37,898 nucleotides of DNA, from IMG/VR virus record IMGVR_UViG_3300033486_000005, positions 1 to 37,898 of that record; one strand, given 5' to 3'. Made by a program: the position numbers and the translations under genes. Below, piece by piece: positions 26,597 to 34,010 of the stretch (its first letter is position 1; each line of letters starts with the position of its first letter). Under the pieces are notes generated by a model that was not told where the DNA came from, ran no database searches, and saw only the letters and a list, made by a program, of their open reading frames with translations. Source of the DNA: a virus. Its lineage: Duplodnaviria > Caudoviricetes.

Positions 26597-27236
26597 GATT
26601 GTCTCCCGCAGCCCCCAAGAACTCTTCCAACGTCATACTCTTGCTATAGTCGGATGTCAACCACATTTTTACCAGAGGCGGGCAGCTGGGGTTTTGTGCG
26701 ACGCAATTGCGGACGTCTTCGATGCAGTCCGTTGCTAAGAGTGCAAAAACAGTTGCAGGCGCACTTGGATTCGAAGCCAGAGTTCTACGCGTGTGGACGT
26801 CAGCGCTGCCAGCTAATTTCTCGTACACCTTCGCCGGGAGTTTCTGGTTTTTTGCGAGTGTCGTTTGTATGGTCCAGACCTTATCGCGCGCCAACTTCAT
26901 GGCCACCTTGAGCGGCAGATTTGGGTGGGACGTCAGACGGAGTCTAACCTGCCAGTCCTTCGATCCACACAAATACGTCAAAGTCTTTTCTGTCGCGCTC
27001 GGACTTGAAGCCACGTCCTCCTGGATGCGGTTGTATTCAGACGGCATTGTCGCCAAGTCGTGTAGTGCGTCGGTCGGAGTGCTGGCATTAACGGCTACTG
27101 CCCGCCGCACATCGAGGTGGTGGCTCCAAGCCAATGCGGCCAACTCCGCTGGAGGTGTGTTGACATCGGCCGCACGCCGGCAGTCGGCGATGAATTGCTG
27201 CAAGAAGGCGTCCTGTTCTACTGGCCCAACCGACAT
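26568..27236 (-). CDS. LRV/HEAT-repeat protein with LEEFL C-terminal module
   Basis: Several VR..VA.N...P...L..LA repeats; ends PPLVKMWLTSDYSKSMTLEEFLGA. Confidence 0.75.
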   Translation of the reverse strand: MSVGPVEQDAFLQQFIADCRRAADVNTPPAELAALAWSHHLDVRRAVAVNASTPTDALHDLATMPSEYNRIQEDVASSPSATEKTLTYLCGSKDWQVRLRLTSHPNLPLKVAMKLARDKVWTIQTTLAKNQKLPAKVYEKLAGSADVHTRRTLASNPSAPATVFALLATDCIEDVRNCVAQNPSCPPLVKMWLTSDYSKSMTLEEFLGAAGDNHGSDIPFTT

Positions 27237-27664
27237 TTGGCTTCCTTCTTTCCGATGCCGGCTAATTTATCCGCCATCTCGTTGCCCGGCTCGCCGTTGT
27301 GCCCCTTAACCCACCTGGTTTTAACCGAGTACCTGATGCAAATCTCTCGTACGTGCGTAGCCAAAGCCACGTTCTTGGACGGGTTGAACGAGCCGTTGGC
27401 CAGCCCCAAAGTCACTTGACTGTCCGAAACGAGTTCGATTGTAGGTGACGGTGTCTCCAAAAACGTCGGGTGTGTGACCAACGCCCGGAGACCTTCACGC
27501 GCCGCCATAAGCTCGGCAATCCCATTAGTGCCGCTGACGTGGCCGCCCTTGCCCGCTGTAAGCACTTTGTCGTCATGGACCACCACGTACCCCCACCCGA
27601 TAGGTTTGCCTCCACCGGCCCCGCTGGAGCCGTCCGCGTACACCGTGAAGTGGTTGGTGGACAT
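27218..27664 (-). CDS. rnhA: Ribonuclease HI
   Basis: YADGS, TNGIAELMA, SDSQ, WVKGH, GNEMADKLA. Confidence 0.92.
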   Translation of the reverse strand: MSTNHFTVYADGSSGAGGGKPIGWGYVVVHDDKVLTAGKGGHVSGTNGIAELMAAREGLRALVTHPTFLETPSPTIELVSDSQVTLGLANGSFNPSKNVALATHVREICIRYSVKTRWVKGHNGEPGNEMADKLAGIGKKEAKCRLGQ

Positions 27665-27669
27665 TGGTT

Positions 27670-27885
27670 TTACGCCGGCTTGAGTTGTGACTCTTCGTAG
27701 CGGAATTGTTGTCCGTTGTCGAGCTCGACCATGTGGCTAACGGCATGTTTGGAGGCAATTGGCGGGCCTCTAACTGCCAGCACAACATCCACGACTACGC
27801 CGTGGGTTACGGCCATGCCGTGGAAAATGGGGGCAACTACCCGGTCGCCTACTTGGAACTTGTGATCGATGGTTGTCTGATACAT
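27670..27885 (-). CDS. Small SH3/KOW-like protein (last of array, no tag)
   Basis: KFQVGDRV...GVVVDV...VELDNG...ESQL. Confidence 0.6.
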   Translation of the reverse strand: MYQTTIDHKFQVGDRVVAPIFHGMAVTHGVVVDVVLAVRGPPIASKHAVSHMVELDNGQQFRYEESQLKPA

Positions 27886-27886
27886 G

Positions 27887-28270
27887 TTAATCCTGGAAGT
27901 AATGTGGGGAAACGCAGTCAACAACCAGCGTGAGTTCTCCTTGCCAATACGGCACTATCGTTTTGTCGTGCCGCTCCACATCGTACCGCATCCTACCTTG
28001 GTTCGGCATCCTCATCACGACGCCTTGTCGGGTTTCATCAAAAAACTTGAATTCAACCACATCGCCGACTTTGAACTTCAACCATCGGACGACCTCGGTG
28101 CTATCTAGACTTTTGCGGGCACCACAGGCGTCTACGACACCATACCGAACCCGCCTACATCCCTTCAGCACCCACATGTCTACTCGCTGAACTTCAAGGC
28201 GGGTGTGCGGCGAATCGATGTGTGCGACGGCTGTTCCGGCCTCGAAGTAACTTACTGTGTTTATGTCCAT
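27887..28270 (-). CDS. Tandem SH3/KOW-like protein with SPHYFQD tag
   Basis: FEAG..V and KFKVGDVV domains; ends VSPHYFQD*. Confidence 0.65.
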   Translation of the reverse strand: MDINTVSYFEAGTAVAHIDSPHTRLEVQRVDMWVLKGCRRVRYGVVDACGARKSLDSTEVVRWLKFKVGDVVEFKFFDETRQGVVMRMPNQGRMRYDVERHDKTIVPYWQGELTLVVDCVSPHYFQD

Positions 28271-28274
28271 TGAT

Positions 28275-28535
28275 TTAATCCTGGAAGTAGTGTGGGGAAA
28301 CGTAGTCGACGGCCGGCTTGCGGGCGGTTAGCTCACACTCCGCGTATTCGTGCCCACGCCAACTGGTGAGGTTCAGAACCCAGTAAGTCCACGTTAGCGA
28401 CCTCGGGTGCCCAAGGTGAGTCGTCTTGGATGTAGCGGCGCGCACGACGCCCTCCCCGCCTCCAGGGATTATGACTCTTTCGCCGAGCTCGAATTTGTTG
28501 TCTTGGTTAATTTTGGACCAGATTGAAGATTCCAT
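28275..28535 (-). CDS. SH3/KOW-like protein with SPHYFQD tag
   Basis: KFELGERV..G.V..Y.V..E.EL; ends VSPHYFQD*. Confidence 0.65.
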   Translation of the reverse strand: MESSIWSKINQDNKFELGERVIIPGGGEGVVRAATSKTTHLGHPRSLTWTYWVLNLTSWRGHEYAECELTARKPAVDYVSPHYFQD

Positions 28536-28539
28536 TAAT

Positions 28540-28767
28540 TTAATCCTGGAAGTAGTGTGGGGAAACGAAGTCGGCAACGGTAACACAGCGGTTCAATTGC
28601 CACTCTTGAAACCTATATTCCCTCCGTGTTGTGATGTCAAACACCATGTAAGTGTACTTATTGCGATATATTGACGTGTATTCCCCCTCAATTCTAGTCA
28701 CTATTCCAGTCCACCCTTGGTAGGTCTGGACGGTATCATCAATGTTGAATTTGATTGAAGATGTCAT
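28540..28767 (-). CDS. SH3/KOW-like protein with SPHYFQD tag
   Basis: KFNIDDTV..GIVTRI..Y.V..EWQL; ends VSPHYFQD*. Confidence 0.65.
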   Translation of the reverse strand: MTSSIKFNIDDTVQTYQGWTGIVTRIEGEYTSIYRNKYTYMVFDITTRREYRFQEWQLNRCVTVADFVSPHYFQD

Positions 28768-28771
28768 TGAT

Positions 28772-29173
28772 TTAATCCTGGAAGCAGTGTGGGGAAACGA
28801 AGTCGATTGGAGTCAGCTCTTCTTCGAAGAAGTATACTGAGTAGCCATTGTCGAGCCGAACAAGGTACCGTTCATCCGCGGTCCTGGCGCGCGTAACTGT
28901 GCCGCCGATCCAATTGCCGAAGTATGACTTGAATTGAATTCGGTCACCAACCTTGAACTTCGAGTACGGCTCAACATCCTTGGCGTATAGTGTACGGCAG
29001 CACTGGAGCGGAGCGTCTTTGTCGCAACTAGGATCGAGTAGACTATACAGCACTGATACGTCGTTTTGTGTCACGTGGACGTCTACGGCCCGGACCTCGT
29101 AGGGGAACTTAGGGTCGTCCGTGGACACAACGAGAGTGCCGACATTAAAAACATTGGGAAGGGTGCGAGTCAT
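28772..29173 (-). CDS. Tandem SH3/KOW-like protein with SPHCFQD tag
   Basis: FNVGTLV and KFKVGDRI domains; ends VSPHCFQD*. Confidence 0.65.
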   Translation of the reverse strand: MTRTLPNVFNVGTLVVSTDDPKFPYEVRAVDVHVTQNDVSVLYSLLDPSCDKDAPLQCCRTLYAKDVEPYSKFKVGDRIQFKSYFGNWIGGTVTRARTADERYLVRLDNGYSVYFFEEELTPIDFVSPHCFQD

Positions 29174-29175
29174 TG

Positions 29176-29438
29176 TCAATCCTGGAAGCAATGTGGGGAG
29201 TCGTGGTCGACATCTGAAAAGGGATTCAGGAATCCTTCGGGGTGGCTGGCTTCGCTGGCACTAGTCGGCCTTCACTCATTGTAATGGGACTACAGCCGTC
29301 AAACAAGACTCGATAGAATACCTCGCGCGCCGATAGAAAGATGCGAGGGTGGATGGAATCGACCACGCCGCAGGCTGGGTAGCCCTTAGCCTTGACCCTG
29401 TCCCCGATTTCAAATTGACACTTGATGTTGATGTCCAT
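29176..29438 (-). pseudogene. SH3/KOW-like gene with apparent frameshift before its SPHCFQD tag (zero-frame stop at 29226)
   Basis: QFEIGDRV domain; the -1 frame after a CCCC run reads EGFLNPFSDVDHDSPHCFQD*. Confidence 0.55.
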
Positions 29439-29441
29439 GGT

Positions 29442-29663
29442 CTAATCCTGAAAGTAGTGGGGCGAGTCGTAGAAACTCTTGAGTTTAAAATATTCCGGCG
29501 GAATCAACAGAGCCTCGCTGAAACCAAATGAGGCAATGCGATAGCGGTACGTATACTTGCGCCCAGACTTGCGCGAGCGCAAATAGCGCCGGACTGCAAT
29601 AATTGTACCACATCGTCCGTTGCTCCACTGTACTTCATCTCCTATGTTGTATTTGGTTCTCAT
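29442..29663 (-). CDS. SH3/KOW-like protein with SPHYFQD tag
   Basis: KYNIGDEV..GTI; ends DSPHYFQD*; GAGGG RBS. Confidence 0.65.
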   Translation of the reverse strand: MRTKYNIGDEVQWSNGRCGTIIAVRRYLRSRKSGRKYTYRYRIASFGFSEALLIPPEYFKLKSFYDSPHYFQD

Positions 29664-29670
29664 AGTTCCC

Positions 29671-30108
29671 TCAATTCAATACGACTTTATTTGGATTACG
29701 GCTCTTTTGCACCGTCGCGGCGTTTTTGAGCTCCGCCTGGATTTGTGCTTGAGCGCGCTTCAGCTTCGGCAAAATCTCTAGCACGGTTTCGCGCGCCACA
29801 CCAGGAAAATCGTCGTCTAACACAACCATGTCGGCCAACCTCGCGTAGTAATTGAAGCGTTCCGCATTGAGCGCCATCTTAGTGCGCCCCATTCCCTCCT
29901 CGGCTAGCACTCGTGCCACCACCATGGGCGTGTTGCGATCATTATAATCGTCCGTGAGCTTCATGATGGCAGCAAGGACGCCATTCGAGTCTGGGTTGGC
30001 GTCCAACATCCATAGGAGTTGCGACCGGACCTTCCGGGTGTGGTCAATCTTCAAAAGCAGTTCCAGCGCTTCAATCTGTACAATCGACAAATCAGGCGAG
30101 CGAATCAA
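29671..30108 (-). CDS. Hypothetical protein
   Basis: 145-aa ORF with TTG start, abuts the SH3 array. Confidence 0.55.
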   Translation of the reverse strand: MIRSPDLSIVQIEALELLLKIDHTRKVRSQLLWMLDANPDSNGVLAAIMKLTDDYNDRNTPMVVARVLAEEGMGRTKMALNAERFNYYARLADMVVLDDDFPGVARETVLEILPKLKRAQAQIQAELKNAATVQKSRNPNKVVLN

Positions 30109-30123
30109 AGCATTTCCGGCCTG

Positions 30124-31167
30124 TTAAGGCTCGGCTCCTAGGTTAAGGGCTTGATGCTTCAAGCCGCGTTGCAAGATGTTTATCGCGGAGTTCACGTCCC
30201 TGTCAAGGGACGCCCCGCAATCACACACCCATTCACGCTTATTCAAACCCGCCAATCCTTTCGGACCGGTCTTTAGACCGCAAATGTGACAGGTTTGCGT
30301 GGTAAAACTCTCGTCGACTTCTACATATGTTGCGCCGTTCCTAATGGACTTGTAACGCAACATGTTTCTGAAGCTAGACCACCCTGCATCAAGAACCGAC
30401 TTGGCGAGTTTGGTCTTAGACAATGTGCTTGATGAAACGTCTCCTACGAAAATGTGGTTGTACTTCTTCGTTACGTCGTTGGACAACTTATGGTGGAAAT
30501 CCTTGCGGACATCTTTGATCTTTTGGTGAATTTTACGGACTTGCTTGCGTTTGTTGGCTCGTTGAGCGACAGCGAGCTTACGAGCGTACTTCGATAAGAT
30601 CCGGGGATTGGCGATTTTAGTGCCATCGGAAAACGTAGCAAAGTCCTTGAGACCGAGGTCGATGCCGACCGAAGAAGCGCCTTCGCGTTTGGAGACGACA
30701 GGCACCTCTACGATGATGTTCAAAAACCACCGACCTTGTGAGTCTTGGCTGAAGTTGGAGCCGAACAAAATCTTCGCTTCCGGTGGAAGTGGACGGTCTA
30801 AAAACACTCGAAAGACGCGTCCCATGAAAACGAAGTCGCCGTCACGATATCTCAACGAGACTCCATTTGTTGGAATCCAACCTAAACTTTTTCGCCCCCG
30901 CCATCTCAACCAAGGCTTTTTGTGTTGCGTGCGGCTTTGCGTGTATCTACGCGCTATCGCCTGGATTGCCTCTGAACGCAACCCAAGCATTTTTGAGCTA
31001 CCCGCCGTAAGATGGTTTAAATCGAACTCACCTAGCCATTTGCGATGTGCCTTAACCGCCTGACGCTGGACATCATTGCAATAATTCCAAACAAAGTTGA
31101 CCTTACGGGAGAGTTCGTTAAGGAACCCTCCGTAAGACTTGACTCTGTAGTGGTAGGTGAGTTGCAT
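30124..31167 (-). mobile_element. tnpB: TnpB RNA-guided nuclease (IS200/IS605/IS607 family), no tnpA
   Basis: NFVWNY, VGIDLGLK (RuvC-I), FHHKLS, EVDESFTTQTCHICG..W.CDCG (Zn finger), DRDVNSAINI (RuvC-III). Confidence 0.9.
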
Positions 31168-31178
31168 CGGTAAGAATG

Positions 31179-31187
31179 ATTATACCA
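31179..31187 (-). promoter_or_regulatory. Extended -10 promoter for tnpB
   Basis: TGGTATAAT 11 nt upstream of ATG 31167. Confidence 0.6.
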
Positions 31188-31271
31188 TAAGAAGGCCCAC
31201 TAGGTCTCTTCTTGGGCGTCAGCGCGGCGGCAGCGGCCTACACAGCTAGCCTCCCGAGTCAATGGAGCGAA

Positions 31272-31625
31272 TCATTTTTGACCCCTTCGGGTGTATTTGG
31301 CTGTGCTGATGGTTCCATCTCGGTTGGAGTATACCACTTTCTTGACTCCGTATCTACGCATATATGCTTCGCACTCACTACACGGTTTGGCTGAGGTCAG
31401 CGTTTGCTTGGACGACGTGAAGCGCAACGACAAAACTTTAACCCCCGACCTTTCCGACGGCCACAATTGCTCCAAAGCTCGCACTTCGGCGTGGTGGCTT
31501 GCTTGGTTGCACTCCATTGCTAGAATCACCCCACCACGCATTACGACGGCTACATGGCAAAAGGACGAATGATTACTCTCAGCGGCGATTTTACGGAGGA
31601 TGTTGAATGACACGGGCAGGCGCAT
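31272..31625 (-). CDS. Zn-dependent cytidine/dCMP deaminase-like protein
   Basis: HAE...AKPCSEC...GVKKVVYS. Confidence 0.8.
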   Translation of the reverse strand: MRLPVSFNILRKIAAESNHSSFCHVAVVMRGGVILAMECNQASHHAEVRALEQLWPSERSGVKVLSLRFTSSKQTLTSAKPCSECEAYMRRYGVKKVVYSNRDGTISTAKYTRRGQK

Positions 31626-31631
31626 ATGAAA

Positions 31632-31660
31632 CGTATGCCTGACTCAGCCACTGGAGTCAA
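31632..31660 (-). promoter_or_regulatory. Putative sigma70-like promoter for leaderless deaminase gene
   Basis: TTGACT-17 nt-CATACG-6 nt-ATG. Confidence 0.5.
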
Positions 31661-31940
31661 CAGCATTTAGAAATTCTTCGAGAGACATTTGACCATACGC
31701 GGTTTGCAGCCACAACTTCACAGCAGGTGGGGTACTGGGGTTATTTTTGACCTGTTCGACAACCCGGTCTTCTATATCCGATGCAAGGTAAATTAGAGTC
31801 GCGGTAGGGGTATACGTATTACCGGCCACACCCCACCGAACGATGTTGTCGGGACTTCTAGAAAGACGATCTAGGACTTCAGCTGAAGAGATAGAAACGG
31901 CGGTGGCGAAATCGAGCCCTCCGGAGTCCTTGTTTTGCAT
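31644..31940 (-). CDS. LRV-repeat family protein with LEEFL module
   Basis: LDRLS..VRWGVAGN..NPSTPPAVKLWLQTAYGQMSLEEFLNA. Confidence 0.7.
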   Translation of the reverse strand: MQNKDSGGLDFATAVSISSAEVLDRLSRSPDNIVRWGVAGNTYTPTATLIYLASDIEDRVVEQVKNNPSTPPAVKLWLQTAYGQMSLEEFLNAVDSSG

Positions 31941-32033
31941 TGGCTAGTCTCCAGAGTCAACAGCATTTAGAAATTCTTCGAGAGACATTTGACCATACGC
32001 GGTTTGCAGCCACAACTTCACAGCAGGTGGGGT
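31654..32033. repeat. 80-bp identical direct repeat (31654-31733 and 31954-32033)
   Basis: Exact 300-bp period; covers the 3' ends of two LRV genes. Confidence 0.9.
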
Positions 32034-32234
32034 GTTGGGGTTACGGCCGACGGCCCACTGCACGGTGGGATTTTCGTCGGTAGCCATGTGAGTCAAAGTC
32101 GCGGCAGATGTATGAGGATTTTTCGCCACAGACCATCGGATATCCGAGTCCCGATGTATCGAAAACCGATCTAAATCCTCTGCCGAGGTGGAGGAATCTG
32201 CCGCAACAAACTCTAGGTATGGTGACACCCCCAT
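31944..32234 (-). CDS. LRV-repeat family protein with LEEFL module
   Basis: GGGAG RBS; IRWSVAKNP..NPNTPPAVKLWLQTAYGQMSLEEFLNA. Confidence 0.7.
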   Translation of the reverse strand: MGVSPYLEFVAADSSTSAEDLDRFSIHRDSDIRWSVAKNPHTSAATLTHMATDENPTVQWAVGRNPNTPPAVKLWLQTAYGQMSLEEFLNAVDSGD

Positions 32235-32235
32235 T

Positions 32236-32541
32236 TTATTCTCCCGAGTTCGCAGCTTTAAGGAATTCTTCGAGAGATATGGTTTTGCGGTAGTCAGACT
32301 GTAGCCATAGTCTAACAGAGGGTGGTGTGTTGGGGTTGCGTCCGACCTCCTCCCATACGGTTTCATCGTCGTCTACCGCCAACCGTGTCAAGGTGGATGT
32401 CGACGCATTCCTGTTGCCGGCTACAGCCCAACGGATGGAGCTATCGGCACTATCCGCAAGACGATCTAGATCTTCTGCGGACGCATATACGGAGCAGGCT
32501 GTGACAAAGTCGCGGTCGTTCATGCTTGCGTCGATCCACAT
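32236..32541 (-). CDS. LRV-repeat family protein with LEEFL module
   Basis: LDRLAD..IRWAVAGN..NPNTPPSVRLWLQSDYRKTISLEEFLKA. Confidence 0.7.
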   Translation of the reverse strand: MWIDASMNDRDFVTACSVYASAEDLDRLADSADSSIRWAVAGNRNASTSTLTRLAVDDDETVWEEVGRNPNTPPSVRLWLQSDYRKTISLEEFLKAANSGE

Positions 32542-32544
32542 GAG

Positions 32545-32946
32545 CTAGTCCCCAGAGTCAATGGAGCGAGTCAAATGATATGTGTATCCGTCCGGAGACG
32601 CGCTTTGTTGAAAGCTTTGGCCGTCCCAAATCAGCTCTTCATAATCCAAGAAAGACCCGATGGCGGCCAACGGCACAGTCTCAAAGAACTTGATCGTCCG
32701 GGTCTGCCGGAGGTAACATCCTCGATTTGTTTTGGTGATCCACCAGGTGTCGGACTCCAACAATTGACGCTCAATATATTCCATCGCCGCCTTAGCTCCG
32801 TCGACCCAGCCTCGGGGCGAGAGTTTTTCTCCTGCCATCAATCTCGCATTGGCTGTGAAGTTGGATTCTTGCGTCGGATCCATGACGACGGCGAGGTCTC
32901 GGATTTCGGCGTAAAGTTTGCGGAGGCGGTCGTTGTTGTTGTTCAT
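32545..32946 (-). CDS. Hypothetical protein
   Basis: First gene of minus-strand unit, preceded by promoter. Confidence 0.55.
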   Translation of the reverse strand: MNNNNDRLRKLYAEIRDLAVVMDPTQESNFTANARLMAGEKLSPRGWVDGAKAAMEYIERQLLESDTWWITKTNRGCYLRQTRTIKFFETVPLAAIGSFLDYEELIWDGQSFQQSASPDGYTYHLTRSIDSGD

Positions 32947-32952
32947 GAGAAA

Positions 32953-32981
32953 CGTATAACACGTTCGATTCGGTGTTGCAA
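32953..32981 (-). promoter_or_regulatory. Sigma70-like promoter (leaderless)
   Basis: TTGCAA-17 nt-TATACG-6 nt-ATG 32946. Confidence 0.55.
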
Positions 32982-32986
32982 AGGTG

Positions 32987-33015
32987 TTGACCTCATGGCG
33001 TCTGAATGGTATAAG
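32987..33015 (+). promoter_or_regulatory. Sigma70-like promoter (leaderless)
   Basis: TTGACC-17 nt-TATAAG (with TG)-6 nt-ATG 33022. Confidence 0.7.
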
Positions 33016-33021
33016 TCGAAT

Positions 33022-33567
33022 ATGACATGCATCGTAGGTAGGACGGATGGGAAAATAGTGACGATCGCCGGCGATAGCGCTGGAATCAGTTCTGATTACA
33101 GTTTGACCCAGCGAGCCGACCGTAAAGTCTTCACGGTTGGAGATTTTGCGTTTGGTGGCACATCGTCGTTTCGGATGCTTCAGGTCCTACAATACTCCTT
33201 TAAGGCTCCCAAGATCCCAGAGAGGGGCGATCTCTTTAAATACATGGCTACGTCTTTTGTGAATTCCATTAGGAATACCTTTGCGCGACTTGGGGTCTCA
33301 GCCAACGTTAACGGTGTAGAGTCTGGCGGGACATTTCTGGTCGGCATCCGAGGTCGTCTGTTCCGCGTCGAAAGCGACTATCAGGTGGGGGAATCTATAC
33401 ACGCATTCGACGCTGTAGGCTGTGGGGGCGACATAGCTCTAGGGGCTCTGATGTCTCTTCCACCGACATTATCGGATAGGGAGGCTTGTCTAGCAGCCCT
33501 GAGGGCGTCTGAGACGTTCTCGGCCGGAGTGAGAGGGCCGTTCCACGTGGTTTGTAGTGGAGGTTAA
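33022..33567 (+). CDS. HslV/proteasome beta-like N-terminal threonine peptidase
   Basis: True start MTCIVG (Thr1 nucleophile after Met removal), IAGDS, KVF, AVGCGGDIALGAL, V.GPF. Confidence 0.8.
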   Translation: MTCIVGRTDGKIVTIAGDSAGISSDYSLTQRADRKVFTVGDFAFGGTSSFRMLQVLQYSFKAPKIPERGDLFKYMATSFVNSIRNTFARLGVSANVNGVESGGTFLVGIRGRLFRVESDYQVGESIHAFDAVGCGGDIALGALMSLPPTLSDREACLAALRASETFSAGVRGPFHVVCSGG

Positions 33568-33619
33568 CTTCAGAGTGTGGTATCATAGCTTCAAGTCGTC
33601 AAACCAAGGGGTGTCATCA

Positions 33620-34006
33620 ATGATTTCAAATTCCGCTGTCGAGTTCACTGTAGACTGTAAAGGGGAGCTTACCGGCCAGACTTTCCAGGGTGTCTTCAAG
33701 GCTCGCCCGTTGCTTTCGCATCGAGCGAAGCTGGACCAAGACAAGATGCGTCGATCGTTGATGGGCGACAAGCCCGAGGAGGCGTCTGTGGTTACCATCA
33801 ATACCGCGGCGTCCCTTAGTTACATTTTCCACCACCTTGAGTCGGCCCCTGCGTGGTGGCGTGAATCCAACAATGGCCTCGATTTGGTAGATGTCGCCCC
33901 TGTAAATGCGGTGTATGAGGCGATTCTAGCGCTTGAAGAGAAGGTCTACGCCGACATCAAGAAGGCCGGCGAAGCCGCTGCTACTGCACTGACTCCCAAG
34001 AAGTAA
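33620..34006 (+). CDS. Putative tail assembly chaperone
   Basis: AAGGGG RBS; G.F......R..D..R...L...P.WW pattern; two genes upstream of tape measure. Confidence 0.55.
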   Translation: MISNSAVEFTVDCKGELTGQTFQGVFKARPLLSHRAKLDQDKMRRSLMGDKPEEASVVTINTAASLSYIFHHLESAPAWWRESNNGLDLVDVAPVNAVYEAILALEEKVYADIKKAGEAAATALTPKK

Positions 34007-34010
34007 TCCA

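Larger units (their letters stand above)
27887..29468 (-). repeat. Six ~24-27 bp direct repeats encoding SPH[YC]FQD-stop
   Basis: Copies start at 27887, 28275, 28540, 28772, 29176, 29442 (plus strand ATCCTGGAAGYARTGTGGGGA consensus). Confidence 0.9.

Noticed and set aside
29226-29228. TGA read-through or alternative genetic code
   Set aside because: In-frame read-through does not reach the tag; all three stops behave normally elsewhere
27887-29468. CRISPR array interpretation of the ~27-bp repeats
   Set aside because: Periods are 232-404 bp and irregular, the intervening sequences are whole ORFs, repeats vary at synonymous positions, and no cas genes are present
27887-29468. Integron attC cassette array
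   Set aside because: No RYYYAAC/GTTRRRY inverted-repeat structure and no integrase in the window
31654-32033. Diversity-generating retroelement TR/VR pair
   Set aside because: Copies are identical with no adenine-specific differences, and no reverse transcriptase is in the window
32575-33021. N-terminal extension of the 330-aa ORF
   Set aside because: Antisense to 32545..32946; the promoter and Thr1 motif place the start at 33022
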